Source: Candidatus Uhrbacteria bacterium GW2011_GWC2_41_11
GTDB taxonomy: Bacteria > Patescibacteriota > Patescibacteriia > UBA9934 > GWF2-40-263
Direction of reading: 5' to 3'
DNA length: 64,000 nucleotides
Assembly (NCBI GenBank): GCA_000996355.1
Contig: LCAH01000002.1
Span: forward strand, 29,703 to 93,702
Shown: in pieces, positions 49,665-60,289 of the stretch
How positions within the stretch are numbered: position 1 is the first letter of the stretch
Layout: each line of letters begins with the position of its first letter
Notes under the pieces: model-generated
What the model was told of the DNA's origin: nothing
Databases searched by the model: none
Seen by the model: only the letters and a program-made list of their open reading frames with translations
Position numbers and translations under genes: made by a program

Positions 49665-51260
49665 ATGTCTGATGAAATCATCCCTGTTCCAAAATTTCGT
49701 CCAGCACTTCTTGTGGTGTTGGATGGTTTTGGTGTGGCTCCGGATTCAGAAGGGAATGGAGTCACTCGTGCCAAAATGCCTGTTTTTCATCAATTGATTC
49801 AGAAGTATCCGACCATGACCCTTCGTGCAAGCGGAGAAGAAGTGGGTCTCTCCTGGGGAGAAATGGGAAATTCGGAAGTGGGACACCTTGCCATCGGTTC
49901 AGGACGTGTGTATTACCAGACATTTCCACGTATCAATCGTGACATTGTCACGGGAACGTTTTATGAAAATCCTGCATTTTTGAAAGCGTTCGAACATGCT
50001 CGTACACACAATAGTGCCATACATCTTGTCGGAATGGTAAGTGCCGGTCGTGTGCATTCCATGGATGAACATTGTCACGCATTGCTTGAATGTGCGAAAC
50101 GTCAAAAAGTGAATCGCGTCTATGTACATGCAATTTTAGATGGTCGCGACACCATTTATAATGTTGGAATGGATTTTATTCGAACCCTTCAGTCAAAAAT
50201 GGCAGAACTTGGGGTCGGAAAAATTGCAACGCTTTCCGGACGTTTTTATGCCATGGATCGGGATAATCGTTGGGATCGAACAGAAAAAGCCTACAATGCC
50301 ATGGTATTAGGACAAGGTGAACAGGCAACGGATCCTTTTACAGCGATTGAAGCTTCGTATGCGAAAGAGATTTTTGATGAACAATTTGTCCCAACCGTGA
50401 TGATCGAAAATGGAGCGCCTGTTGCTCGTATTCAAGAAAATGATGCGGTGATTTTTTTTAACTTTCGTCCAGATCGAGCACGCCAGCTCACAAAAGCATT
50501 TGTCTTACCGACATTTGATGTGTTTCCGCGAACATTTGTCAAAAATCTTTTTGCTGTCACCATGACAGAATATGAAAAAAATCTTCCGGTTGAAGTGGCA
50601 TTCCGTTCGGAACGAGTTGAACAGTGTCTCGCTCAAGTTTTGTCACAGGCAGGATTGAAACAATTGCATATCGCGGAAACGGAAAAATATGCGCATGTCA
50701 CATTTTTTCTGAACGGGACAAAAGAAGATCCATTTCCTGGGGAGGATCGAGTGATCATTCCTTCGCCTCGTGTCTCCTCGTATGATCAAGCTCCTGAAAT
50801 GAGTGCTATTGCATTAACGGATCGTGTGTTAAAAGAAATAAATTCTGATACGTATGATTTTATGGTCATGAATTTTGCAAATCCAGATATGGTGAGTCAT
50901 ACGGGAAATTTGGAAGCCACTTTGAAAGCAAATGAAACGGTCGACGGGTGTCTTGGACGTCTTGTTGAGGGGGTGTTGCAGAAAAATGGAGTGGTGTTTA
51001 TGACATCTGATCATGGAAATGCAGAAGAGGTACGTAATTTACGCACGGGAGAAATGGACAAAGAACATTCGACAAATCCTGTTCCTTTTTTGGTTATTGC
51101 AAAATCATTTGAAGGAGTAACGGGTTTGACGGGAGAAATTCCAGAAGGGGATTTGTCTTTCCTACCACCTGTGGGAATGCTCGCAGACGTGGCTCCAACC
51201 ATCTTATCTGTTCTTGGAATTCCTCAACCACCTGAGATGACCGGACAATCTTTGCTTTAA
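49665..51260 (+). CDS. gpmI: 2,3-bisphosphoglycerate-independent phosphoglycerate mutase
   Basis: LVVLDGFGVAP N-terminus and alkaline-phosphatase-superfamily layout of iPGM. 531 aa. Confidence 0.9.
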   Translation: MSDEIIPVPKFRPALLVVLDGFGVAPDSEGNGVTRAKMPVFHQLIQKYPTMTLRASGEEVGLSWGEMGNSEVGHLAIGSGRVYYQTFPRINRDIVTGTFYENPAFLKAFEHARTHNSAIHLVGMVSAGRVHSMDEHCHALLECAKRQKVNRVYVHAILDGRDTIYNVGMDFIRTLQSKMAELGVGKIATLSGRFYAMDRDNRWDRTEKAYNAMVLGQGEQATDPFTAIEASYAKEIFDEQFVPTVMIENGAPVARIQENDAVIFFNFRPDRARQLTKAFVLPTFDVFPRTFVKNLFAVTMTEYEKNLPVEVAFRSERVEQCLAQVLSQAGLKQLHIAETEKYAHVTFFLNGTKEDPFPGEDRVIIPSPRVSSYDQAPEMSAIALTDRVLKEINSDTYDFMVMNFANPDMVSHTGNLEATLKANETVDGCLGRLVEGVLQKNGVVFMTSDHGNAEEVRNLRTGEMDKEHSTNPVPFLVIAKSFEGVTGLTGEIPEGDLSFLPPVGMLADVAPTILSVLGIPQPPEMTGQSLL

Positions 51261-51268
51261 TTCATTTT

Positions 51269-52822
51269 ATGGAAACAAAATTTTTTTCTCACTCGTCTCT
51301 TGAAGAAAAAAGAGAAATACGTGATACAAAAAAAGAATTATTGAAAGGTCAGGAAGAAATTTTGATGCAGGCTGTGAATGAAGTTGCTCGAGCGATTCAG
51401 GAAATAGAACCCAATCCAGATTATGCTCCTGTTGTTCCACAAGCTGTCATTGTTGGCGGATTTGTTCGTGATGCTCTTATAGGAAAGAAACCAAAAGATG
51501 CGGATGTTGAAGTGTATGGAGTGGCTCCAGACGTATTGAAAGAACTTTTGGAAAAGATGTTTCAAAATGTAAAACCTGTGGGAGAAGCATTTGGTATTTT
51601 AAAAGTGGCACTTGGAAATGGATTGGAACTTGACGTGTCTATTCCACGACGAGATTCAAAAACAGGAAAAGGACACTCAGATTTTGCCGTAGATAGTAAT
51701 CCGTCACTGGATATCACGGAAGCAGCACGTCGTCGAGATTTTACTATGAATGCGCTTGCAATGGATCCATTAACTGGTGTTATTTTTGATCCATTTGGCG
51801 GTCTTGAAGATATTAAAGCGCGACGATTGTGTGTGACAGATGTGGAACGATTTCAAGATGATCCGTTGCGCGTACTTCGTGCTGTTCAGTTTGTGGCACG
51901 TTTGGGATTAGATGTTGAAACACAGACATGGAATTTGTTGCGTGAGATGGTAGATCGTGGTGACCTTCTTGAATTGAAAAAAAATCGTGTAACCGAAGAA
52001 TGGGAGAAACTTTTTTTGAAATCCGAACGTCCATCTGTTGGTCTTAAGATGATGCGAGATCTTGGAATGATTGAGAAACACCAACCGGAATTACAAGCGC
52101 TTATTGATACCCCACAAGAGTTTGAATGGCATCCGGAAGGAGATGTGTGGACGCATACACTTATGGTTGTGGATGCAGCAGCAAAATTGATCCGACAACC
52201 AGAACGAAATTTTTCTGATGATGAAGCGGTTCAGGTTATGTTAGGAGCTTTGTGTCATGATTTAGGAAAACCAGCAACAACCAAAATGACAGGAGGCCGT
52301 ATTCGATCTATTGGACACGAAGAGGCAGGAGAGGATCCTGCATGTGCGTTTATGGACCAGTTTACTTTTTCAAAAAAATATGTGACACGCGGAGTCATTG
52401 CTGTCACAAAAGAACATTTAAAACCCGGTGTCTTTTTTCGTGAAGTTGAACTGGGACGTATGAAAAAATCATCGTATGTAAATGCGGTTCGTAAACTTCT
52501 TCGTCATATCTATCCTGTTTCCTGGCGAGTTCTTTTAGCTGTTTGTGAGGCAGATTATCGTGGAAGGGCGATTCCTGGAGTTGAAAAAGATCCATATAAA
52601 CCCGGTCTCTTTTTTGCAGATGCAGTGAACCACTATCGTTTAAATGAAGCAGTGATGACTCCTCTTCTTCAGGGTCGTGATTTGATAGAAATATTTCATA
52701 TGTCACCCGGAACAAATATCGGTGTATGGATTCGTCGAGTAGAAGCAGAACGTGATCTTGGTCATATTCAGACAAAAGAAGAAGCCTTTGCATGGATAAA
52801 AAGTGAATGGGAAAAAGAATAG
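51269..52822 (+). CDS. cca: CCA-adding tRNA nucleotidyltransferase with C-terminal HD domain
   Basis: GGFVRDALIG and RRDFTMNALA pol-beta nucleotidyltransferase head motifs. HD-like HTLMVVD...CHDLGK. Confidence 0.8.
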   Translation: METKFFSHSSLEEKREIRDTKKELLKGQEEILMQAVNEVARAIQEIEPNPDYAPVVPQAVIVGGFVRDALIGKKPKDADVEVYGVAPDVLKELLEKMFQNVKPVGEAFGILKVALGNGLELDVSIPRRDSKTGKGHSDFAVDSNPSLDITEAARRRDFTMNALAMDPLTGVIFDPFGGLEDIKARRLCVTDVERFQDDPLRVLRAVQFVARLGLDVETQTWNLLREMVDRGDLLELKKNRVTEEWEKLFLKSERPSVGLKMMRDLGMIEKHQPELQALIDTPQEFEWHPEGDVWTHTLMVVDAAAKLIRQPERNFSDDEAVQVMLGALCHDLGKPATTKMTGGRIRSIGHEEAGEDPACAFMDQFTFSKKYVTRGVIAVTKEHLKPGVFFREVELGRMKKSSYVNAVRKLLRHIYPVSWRVLLAVCEADYRGRAIPGVEKDPYKPGLFFADAVNHYRLNEAVMTPLLQGRDLIEIFHMSPGTNIGVWIRRVEAERDLGHIQTKEEAFAWIKSEWEKE

Positions 52823-53337
52823 ATATGATTTCTTTTGATGGGGTTGTTGCGAGAAATTTTTCTGCGATCGCACGAACACATGAATGGATAAAACATGTGA
52901 GCCTTTTTGGTGCACGTTATCTTATTTTTATCTTCGCATTGGGGGCGATGCTTTGGGTGTGGAATCGTTCACAAGAACAGGAACGTTTTTTACGCCTATT
53001 TGAATTAGGTTTGTCCGGATGTATTTCTTGGGGAACAACACTTCTTATTTCCTATTCAATCGGACGTCTTCGGCCGTATCAAACTTTTCATTTTGAACCT
53101 CTCTTTCGTCCGCTTATCGAAACTCCTTCGTTTCCATCAGGACATGCAACGATTGCATTTGCCATTGCCGGAACCATCTTTTTTCACGATCGTCTGGCCG
53201 GGATTATTTGTATGGGTGTTGCCCTTCTTGTCGGGTGTTCAAGGATTGGAATTGGGGTCCATTATCCGACAGATATTTTTGCTGGAGCCGTGGTAGGGCT
53301 TGTGGTAGCATGGGGCATGCATGTATTGATAGGGTAA
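52807..53337 (+). CDS. PAP2-family membrane phosphatase (undecaprenyl-diphosphatase-like)
   Basis: KxxxxxxRP-like, PSGH and SRIGIGVHYPTD PAP2 signature motifs. The start may be the downstream ATG at 52825. Confidence 0.7.
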   Translation: MGKRIDMISFDGVVARNFSAIARTHEWIKHVSLFGARYLIFIFALGAMLWVWNRSQEQERFLRLFELGLSGCISWGTTLLISYSIGRLRPYQTFHFEPLFRPLIETPSFPSGHATIAFAIAGTIFFHDRLAGIICMGVALLVGCSRIGIGVHYPTDIFAGAVVGLVVAWGMHVLIG

Positions 53338-53344
53338 AATAAAT

Positions 53345-54415
53345 ATGAAAGCGATTATTCTTGCGGGCGGTTCTGGAACGCGTTTGTGGCCCATGAGCCG
53401 GCAGGCAAGACCAAAACAATTTTTTGATGTGGTTGGAGAAGAGTCGCTTATTCGCGACACCTATCGCCGACTTTTGCGAATGTTTCCGGCTGAGCATATT
53501 TTTTTTTCCATTTCTCCTTCTTTCGAGCCATTGATTCGTTCTGAATTTCCAGAGATTCATTCTGAGCAGTTGTTGATTGAACCAGAACGTCGAGATACAG
53601 GACCGGCCATGGGGTATGTGGCCGCGATTTTAGAACGTCTGACACCAGATGAACCGATCGTATTTATTCCGTCAGATCATTATATTGGCGATGAAGAATT
53701 ATTTTTACGTTGTTTACAATTAGGAGAACGTTTGATTCAAGAAACAGGGAATCTTGTTGATATAGGAATTACTCCCGCATTTCCAAGTACCGTGCTTGGA
53801 TATACAAAAATTGGTAAACAGCTTCGCATAGAAGATGAAATTGAGGTTTTTGCATTTGCTGGGCATAAGGAAAAACCAGATTATGAAACAGCCAAACAAT
53901 ATGTCGAAGAAGGATCGTATCTTTGGCATGCCAATTATTACATGTGGACACCGCGTCAGTTTCTTCGTGCATTTGAACAATATGCCCCGGATATTGGATA
54001 TATCCTTCGTGCTATTCAACAAGCTGTTTTTGAGGGAAGAAAACAAGATGTGGCTCTTTTGTATGCGACGTTGCCAAAAATATCTATTGATTATGCGGTG
54101 ACGGAAAAAATGTCTCCAGAACAGGTCTTGATTTTGCGCGGAGATTTTCGTTGGAGTGATATTGGAGCATGGGATACATTGTACGATCGGCTTTCAGAGG
54201 AAAAACAAAATGTGACAAAAGGCCGCTGTATACTTGTAGATACGGAAGAATCTCTTGTATATGCCCCTGCAGATAAATTAGTAGCTGTGCTCGGAATGTG
54301 CGGAATTGTGGTGGTGGATACCGGTGATGCATTGCTTGTGTGTCCAAAGGAACAGGCACAGCGTGTGAAAGAAATTGTGAAGCATTTGGAAACAGGCCAT
54401 CCTGATTTTTTATGA
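53345..54415 (+). CDS. Mannose-1-phosphate guanylyltransferase-like NDP-sugar pyrophosphorylase
   Basis: ILAGGSGTRLWPMSRQARPKQF N-terminal signature. 356 aa, with no cupin/PMI domain. Confidence 0.75.
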   Translation: MKAIILAGGSGTRLWPMSRQARPKQFFDVVGEESLIRDTYRRLLRMFPAEHIFFSISPSFEPLIRSEFPEIHSEQLLIEPERRDTGPAMGYVAAILERLTPDEPIVFIPSDHYIGDEELFLRCLQLGERLIQETGNLVDIGITPAFPSTVLGYTKIGKQLRIEDEIEVFAFAGHKEKPDYETAKQYVEEGSYLWHANYYMWTPRQFLRAFEQYAPDIGYILRAIQQAVFEGRKQDVALLYATLPKISIDYAVTEKMSPEQVLILRGDFRWSDIGAWDTLYDRLSEEKQNVTKGRCILVDTEESLVYAPADKLVAVLGMCGIVVVDTGDALLVCPKEQAQRVKEIVKHLETGHPDFL

Positions 54416-55461
54416 AAAAAATTCTTGTTATTTTTTGTCTTTCTTTTTTTGTCACTGGATGTCTTCTTGGAGTTTTTTTCTCTTGGCAAGCTTTTTGGCA
54501 ACGTTCTCGTGTCGGAGTCGAATCTGTTTCTTTTTTTATTGAGACTGGCGAAGGAGCAAGACAGATCGCCTATCGATTAAGAACAGAACATCTTATTTCC
54601 AGTCGTCTTTTTTTTAACATCTATGTCTGGATGACAGGAGTGGAAAATCGTTTTCAGCCAGGAATATTTTTTCTCACAAAAGGAATGAGTTATAAACAAT
54701 TAGTTTCCCTTCTTACTCATCCTGAAACTGCAGAGGTCGTGATCACGATCCCGGAAGGTTATACCATTGCACAAATTGGAAACCTATTGATTTCGAAAGG
54801 ATTAACAACGTCTGATGAGTGGTTTGCTGTTGTTGGGGATCCGGCAATTGATACACGTGCAAATCCTGAAGGAAGAATGCCAAAAGATTTTTCTAAAGAG
54901 TTTTCGTTTCTTTCTTCAAAACCCTTGTTTGTGAGTTTGGAAGGATATCTTTTTCCAGATACGTATCGATTTCTTCAAACATCCACAACTGAAGAACTCG
55001 TTCGAAAAATGCTTGAGAATTTTGATCGTAAATTTCCTGAGGAATGGCAAAAAGTGATTGTATCTTCCGGGCGTTCTCTTCATGATGTTGTGACACTTGC
55101 CTCTATCGTTGAACGAGAGGTGCACACAGAACCTGATCGAGCCTTAGTTGCGGATCTTTTTTTGCGAAGACTAGGGGTAGGGATGCCTTTGCAAGCAGAT
55201 TCCACGGTGAATTATGTGACAGGAAAAAAAGATCCTTCGATTTCCTTTGCGGATCGAGATATTGATTCTTTGTGGAATACCTATCAGTATTCAGGGCTTC
55301 CTCTTGGTCCTATTAGTAATCCTGGGGCAGCAGCTTTAGAAGCGGTTGTATATCCGAAAGCGAATGACGCGTGGTATTTTTTAACAGATGCATCTGGTGT
55401 TGTCCATTATGCGCGAACAAATCAAGAACAAAATCAAAATAAAGCAAGATATTTACCATAA
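54412..55461 (+). CDS. mltG: Endolytic murein transglycosylase MltG/YceG family
   Basis: N-terminal TM anchor. YceG-like domain with the conserved E (VEREV). Confidence 0.8.
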   Translation: MKKILVIFCLSFFVTGCLLGVFFSWQAFWQRSRVGVESVSFFIETGEGARQIAYRLRTEHLISSRLFFNIYVWMTGVENRFQPGIFFLTKGMSYKQLVSLLTHPETAEVVITIPEGYTIAQIGNLLISKGLTTSDEWFAVVGDPAIDTRANPEGRMPKDFSKEFSFLSSKPLFVSLEGYLFPDTYRFLQTSTTEELVRKMLENFDRKFPEEWQKVIVSSGRSLHDVVTLASIVEREVHTEPDRALVADLFLRRLGVGMPLQADSTVNYVTGKKDPSISFADRDIDSLWNTYQYSGLPLGPISNPGAAALEAVVYPKANDAWYFLTDASGVVHYARTNQEQNQNKARYLP

Positions 55462-55491
55462 GAGATTTTCCATTTTTTAATACAAACACAA

Positions 55492-57579
55492 ATGCGTATC
55501 AATTATCAGGAAGAACTCAATCAAGAACAACAGGAGGTCGTTTTTAACGGAAACGGCTATTGTTTGGTTTTGGCAGGAGCTGGTTCTGGAAAAACAAGAA
55601 CAATCACGTATCGAGTCGCTTATTTATTGGAACAAGGTGTGTCTCCGGCAAATATTTTGTTGTTGACGTTTACAAATAAAGCCGCAAAAGAAATGGTTAC
55701 GCGTGTTGAACGGCTTCTTTTTGAAAAAACAGAAAACAGCGGATTGACATCAGTCGGATTATGGGGAGGAACGTTTCACTCGATTGCAAATCGTTTGTTG
55801 CGTTTGTATGCACCCCTTATTGGGCGCACATCACGTTTTACCATTTTGGATGACGACGACAGTAAAAATTTGGTAAAAATGTGCATCAAAGAAGTTGGAG
55901 CTGACACAGCCGGACGAAAATTTCCTTCCCCTGCGATTGTTCAAGGCATGATCAGTTATCATCGAAATGCATCAAAATCATTGCGCGAGGTTGTAGAAAA
56001 TCGATTTCCTTCCCTTGAAGGATCTCTTCCTCTTTTGGAACGTGTTGCTGAATTGTATCAAGCACGCAAGGCTCAGGCAGATGCGGTTGATTTTGATGAT
56101 CTTCTTCTTTTTTTGCGCGAATTGCTTTGGCAAAGACCAGATGTTCGTGAACAACTTTCTTCACGATTTCATTATATTTTAGTAGACGAATATCAAGATA
56201 CAAACACCGTGCAGGCTGATATTGTTCGATCACTCGCGTCCGTTCATGAAAATCTTCTTGTGGTAGGGGATGATGCACAAAGTATTTATTCTTTTCGTGC
56301 TGCGGATATCCGAAATATTCTTCAATTTCCAGACACACTTCCTCAAGCAAAAGTTTTTCGTTTAGTGACAAATTATCGTTCCACTCCTGAAATTCTTTCG
56401 TTGGCGAATGCAGTTATTCGTCGAAATACGGCTCAGTTTCAAAAAGATCTTCGTGCAGTACAGGCTTCAGCGGGAAAACCATGTATTATTCCTGCGAGTG
56501 ATTCTCAACAAGAGGCACGAGAACTTGCCCAACACATCAATAATCTTCAGCATAAACAAGTCTCTCTTTCGGAAATAGCTATTTTATTCAGAGCATCTTT
56601 CCTTTCCCGTGCAGTCGAATTTGAACTTATGCGTCAGGGAATTCCGTATGAATATCGCGGAGGTATGAAGTTTTTTGAACGGGCACACATGAAAGATGTG
56701 CTTGCGTATCTGCGCGTGGTTGCGAATGTAAAAGATGAAATGGCATGGAGACGTGTTCTTGGATTGCAGCCGGGAATTGGACTGGCTGGATCGAGTCGTA
56801 TTTTGGAACAAATTCGTGCACATGAACAATTTGAACATCTTTTGTCACAATCGTTACCGTCTCTCGGTCGATCCACTCAGGGTTGGGAACAGTGTCTTTC
56901 GATTCTCCGTCCATTGGCAGCAGCTGGAGATCGACCTGCGGATATGATACGCGCGGTTGTCTCCGGTGGATATCGAAATTATCTGGAAATGGAGTATCCT
57001 GATTTTATGGAGCGTGTGGAGGATTTGGAACAATTTGCCTTGTTCGCAGAAACAGCAGTAGATCTTCATTCATTTTTGGATGAAGTATCTCTGACTGAAC
57101 AGTTTGCTCTTCAATCTTCTTCTCAATCTGGAGCAGTGAAGCGGATGGTTCTTTCCACTATTCATCAAGCCAAGGGGTTAGAATGGGATGCGGTATTCGT
57201 GATGGGATTGTCAGATCGTCATTTTCCTCACCCAAGATCTTTTGAAGAAGAAGGGGGTCTTGAAGAGGAGCGTCGTTTGTTTTATGTGGCAGCGACGCGA
57301 GCACGCAAATATCTATTTTTAACCTATGCCACATCTGCTGGGTTTGATGAAACAGTAGGAGAGCCATCGATATTTCTTCGAGAACTGCCTAATTCTGTTT
57401 GTTGTGAAGAAATTTCTAAGCGACCATCTTCCTCTTGGTCTCATTCGTCTTCTTCTGAACGACCGCATCGAAATTGGGAATCTGATGAAGATCGGATTAT
57501 TATATTGGATGATGAAGGGGAACGTCCGGCTTCTTTAAGTCCTCGAAAAGGATTTTTACGCGATGTAAATGAACTTTAA
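55492..57579 (+). CDS. ATP-dependent DNA helicase, UvrD/PcrA family
   Basis: Walker A AGAGSGKT. DEYQDTN. Motif VI. Ser-rich acidic C-terminal extension. Confidence 0.85.
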   Translation: MRINYQEELNQEQQEVVFNGNGYCLVLAGAGSGKTRTITYRVAYLLEQGVSPANILLLTFTNKAAKEMVTRVERLLFEKTENSGLTSVGLWGGTFHSIANRLLRLYAPLIGRTSRFTILDDDDSKNLVKMCIKEVGADTAGRKFPSPAIVQGMISYHRNASKSLREVVENRFPSLEGSLPLLERVAELYQARKAQADAVDFDDLLLFLRELLWQRPDVREQLSSRFHYILVDEYQDTNTVQADIVRSLASVHENLLVVGDDAQSIYSFRAADIRNILQFPDTLPQAKVFRLVTNYRSTPEILSLANAVIRRNTAQFQKDLRAVQASAGKPCIIPASDSQQEARELAQHINNLQHKQVSLSEIAILFRASFLSRAVEFELMRQGIPYEYRGGMKFFERAHMKDVLAYLRVVANVKDEMAWRRVLGLQPGIGLAGSSRILEQIRAHEQFEHLLSQSLPSLGRSTQGWEQCLSILRPLAAAGDRPADMIRAVVSGGYRNYLEMEYPDFMERVEDLEQFALFAETAVDLHSFLDEVSLTEQFALQSSSQSGAVKRMVLSTIHQAKGLEWDAVFVMGLSDRHFPHPRSFEEEGGLEEERRLFYVAATRARKYLFLTYATSAGFDETVGEPSIFLRELPNSVCCEEISKRPSSSWSHSSSSERPHRNWESDEDRIIILDDEGERPASLSPRKGFLRDVNEL

Positions 57580-58720
57580 TATGAATTATTTTGAATCCTC
57601 GATAGATCTTCATCGAAAATTTCAGGGAAAATTAGCCATTCAATCTCTTGTTCCTTTGGAAACAAGAGATGATTTGTCTTTGGCATACACCCCAGGCGTT
57701 GCTGCTCCAAGCGAAGCAATTGCGAAAGATAAGTCACTCGCTTATGAATTGACTATGAAGGGGCGAACGGTAGCTATTGTGACGGATGGGTCTGCTGTAC
57801 TTGGTCTTGGAAATATTGGTCCAGAAGCTGGATTGCCTGTGATGGAAGGGAAAGCCATTCTTTTTAAACGATTTGCGAACATTGATGCATTTCCTCTTTG
57901 TCTTGCGACTCAGAATTCAGATGAAATCGTGGAAACGGTAAAACGAATTGCTCCTGGGTTTGGAGCGATTCAATTGGAAGATATTGCAGCTCCGCGTTGT
58001 TTCGAAATTGAAGAACGTCTTATACGGGAATTAGATGTGCCAGTGATGCATGATGATCAGCATGGGACAGCCGTTGTTATTTTGGCTGGACTTTTAAATG
58101 CATTGCGTGTTGTGGAAAAATCTTTGAAAGAAGTAAAAATAGTGATTTCTGGATCTGGAGCAGCTGGTCTCGCATCCGGTCGACTTCTTTGGGATGCAGG
58201 AGCTCGTTTCATGACCATGATAGATTCGCAAGGAATCCTGGCAATGGGTCGTAATGGAATGAATGCGTATAAAGATGAATTTGCTCAGCGTATCAATCCG
58301 GAGAATAAACAAGGAACACTCACAGATGCCATCCAAGGTGCAGATGTTTTTATTGGGGTAAGTAAAGCTAATCTCGTGACATCTGATATGGTTCGAAGTA
58401 TGGCAAAAGATCCAATCATTTTTGCCATGGCAAATCCTTCTCCAGAAATTATGCCGGACATAGCAAAAGAAGCTGGAGCCGCAGTGATTGCAACAGGTCG
58501 TTCAGATTTTCCAAATCAAGTAAATAACGTGCTGGTATTTCCAGGGATGTTTTTGGGAGTTTTAGAAGGTCGACTACCTAAATTTACAAATACGATGCGT
58601 CTTGCAGCAGCTCATGCGCTTGCTGGAATGGTTGAACATCCCACAAGAGAACGAATTCTTCCATCCGCATTGGAAACCGATGTTGCAAGAATTGTTGCAG
58701 ATGCTATCAAGCGGGCATGA
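57569..58720 (+). CDS. NAD(P)-dependent malic enzyme (short form)
   Basis: [10 protein letters not shown] and GSGAAG NAD-binding motif. 383 aa. 11-nt overlap with the preceding gene. Confidence 0.8.
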   Translation: MNFNMNYFESSIDLHRKFQGKLAIQSLVPLETRDDLSLAYTPGVAAPSEAIAKDKSLAYELTMKGRTVAIVTDGSAVLGLGNIGPEAGLPVMEGKAILFKRFANIDAFPLCLATQNSDEIVETVKRIAPGFGAIQLEDIAAPRCFEIEERLIRELDVPVMHDDQHGTAVVILAGLLNALRVVEKSLKEVKIVISGSGAAGLASGRLLWDAGARFMTMIDSQGILAMGRNGMNAYKDEFAQRINPENKQGTLTDAIQGADVFIGVSKANLVTSDMVRSMAKDPIIFAMANPSPEIMPDIAKEAGAAVIATGRSDFPNQVNNVLVFPGMFLGVLEGRLPKFTNTMRLAAAHALAGMVEHPTRERILPSALETDVARIVADAIKRA

Positions 58721-58723
58721 TGT

Positions 58724-59347
58724 ATGAAACGTGTTATGAACCGTTCATATCGGATAAGACGTCATCATTCTTTTTCTTGGGTTTGGACATTTTTTTTGGT
58801 TATTCTTGGTTTGGGTCTTTTTGCGTACGGAATTTACGTTTTACGTTTTGCAAAGAGAGATAATATAGTGGAATCTCAGTCTTTGGTTGAAAAATCTCGT
58901 GTTTTTATTTCTCCGGAAAATAAAAATGACTCCGTACGTACAGAAATCCATTTGTTTGATGTAAGTGGCGGATCTTCAAGCGGAACAATGGAACGTCAAT
59001 GGAAAGATCATCGCATGTCGTATCGTTTAAGTGCAATGTTGCCAGTTATTGATGGAGAAAAAAATACGTATGAGGCGTGGCTTGTTCAAAAAGCGCCATT
59101 TGATTTTTTCTCTCTTGGTGAACTCACTATGAATGAGGATGAAATTTGGATGCATGAATGGAACGGAGAAGAAGAGAAAGAATATGAAACCTATGAAACA
59201 GTGATTGTAACTTTGGAATCAAAAGATGAAAATCCAGCTCCGTCTTCTCATGTCCTTGAAGGGGTATTCGATGAAAAAGAAAAGTTTAGCGAGAAAAAAT
59301 TCGTGCCATTATCTGACGAAGGGAGCGTCGGTACTGTCGCGGACTAA
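58724..59347 (+). CDS. Hypothetical membrane-anchored protein (207 aa)
   Basis: Basic N-terminus and one TM (WVWTFFLVILGLGLFAYGIYV). Acidic C-terminus. Confidence 0.45.
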   Translation: MKRVMNRSYRIRRHHSFSWVWTFFLVILGLGLFAYGIYVLRFAKRDNIVESQSLVEKSRVFISPENKNDSVRTEIHLFDVSGGSSSGTMERQWKDHRMSYRLSAMLPVIDGEKNTYEAWLVQKAPFDFFSLGELTMNEDEIWMHEWNGEEEKEYETYETVIVTLESKDENPAPSSHVLEGVFDEKEKFSEKKFVPLSDEGSVGTVAD

Positions 59348-59511
59348 GTTGAATACGTAAAAAACGTTTTGTTTGTTCCCAATGGCGTTCTCGTCGAACA
59401 GGAAGAAATGCAAATGTGAAAAAGTGATGACGAAGAGCAAGGGTAGACATAGGGAGTAGAATTTGAGGTGAGGAGTTAGAAAATAGAATAGTTTAAGACT
59501 AAGGAAAAATT

Positions 59512-60129
59512 TTATACAGGTTTAAATTGGCGAATGACAGCTCTTACAACTCCCTGAATCATGCAATCTTTTACATAAATTGGTTGCATAGTACTGTTGG
59601 CTGGTTGAAGACGAATACGGGTTTTTTCTCGATAAAATCGTTTAAGAGTGGCGTACGTGTTATCAAGAAGTGCAACGACAACATCACCATTCTTTGGAGA
59701 AAGATTGTTTTCGACCACGACATAATCACCGTTTAGAATTCCATCTTCGATCATGGAATGTCCTTTGACTTTGAGAACATAGGCATTGGAACCATCTAAA
59801 ACAAGATTGGCTGGCACAGCAATGGTTTCTGGTTGTTCCACGGCTTCAATGGGTTCTCCAGCAGTGATAAGACCAGAAAACGGAAGAAGGAGAGAAAGAA
59901 TGGGTAATTGTTCAGGTTTAAAAATTTCTACAGAACGTGCTTCTCCATCCTCGCCCATTTTTATGACGCCTTTTTCAACAAGAGTGCGCATGTGTTGGTG
60001 AATAGTTGCGGGAGAGGAAAGACCTAGATGTTCAGCTGTTTCTCGATAACTTGGGGCATATCCATGTTCTTGGATGTATTGGCGAAGGAAAGTAAAGACT
60101 TCCATTTGTTTTTTTGTGAGTGGAGGCAT
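59512..60129 (-). CDS. lexA: LexA repressor (S24 self-cleaving)
   Basis: N-terminal winged HTH. Ala-Gly cleavage-site region (ITAGEP). Catalytic Ser in GHSM and Lys in TLKRF. Confidence 0.85.
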   Translation of the reverse strand: MPPLTKKQMEVFTFLRQYIQEHGYAPSYRETAEHLGLSSPATIHQHMRTLVEKGVIKMGEDGEARSVEIFKPEQLPILSLLLPFSGLITAGEPIEAVEQPETIAVPANLVLDGSNAYVLKVKGHSMIEDGILNGDYVVVENNLSPKNGDVVVALLDNTYATLKRFYREKTRIRLQPANSTMQPIYVKDCMIQGVVRAVIRQFKPV

Positions 60130-60133
60130 AGAG

Positions 60134-60177
60134 TGTTCGTTTTATGTTCGTATTATAAACCGAACAGAATACGAACA
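60134..60177. promoter_or_regulatory. Putative LexA operator: two GTTC-N7-GTTC-type direct-repeat boxes in inverted orientation
   Basis: TGTTCGttttatGTTCG at 60134-60150 and CGAACagaataCGAACA at 60161-60177. The second is the reverse complement of the first at 15 of 17 positions. They lie 5-50 nt upstream of the lexA start, in the lexA/metK divergent region. Confidence 0.5.
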
Positions 60178-60289
60178 CAAGTCTGTTTGTGTAGCAAAAT
60201 TTTAAGGGTGTGGATAAAAATGTTCCAGTTGCCACTTCTTCTTTTTTTTGATATCTTTTGCATTCGATTCCCGTTTTTTATTTTTTCTC

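Noticed and set aside
59383-59397. GTTC-N5-GAAC inverted repeat downstream of lexA
   Set aside because: Short, with different spacing from the upstream boxes, and not in a promoter context. Likely chance.
60180-60289. Looked for a SAM riboswitch in the metK leader
   Set aside because: No recognisable SAM-I/II/III conserved segments or pseudoknot-forming sequences.
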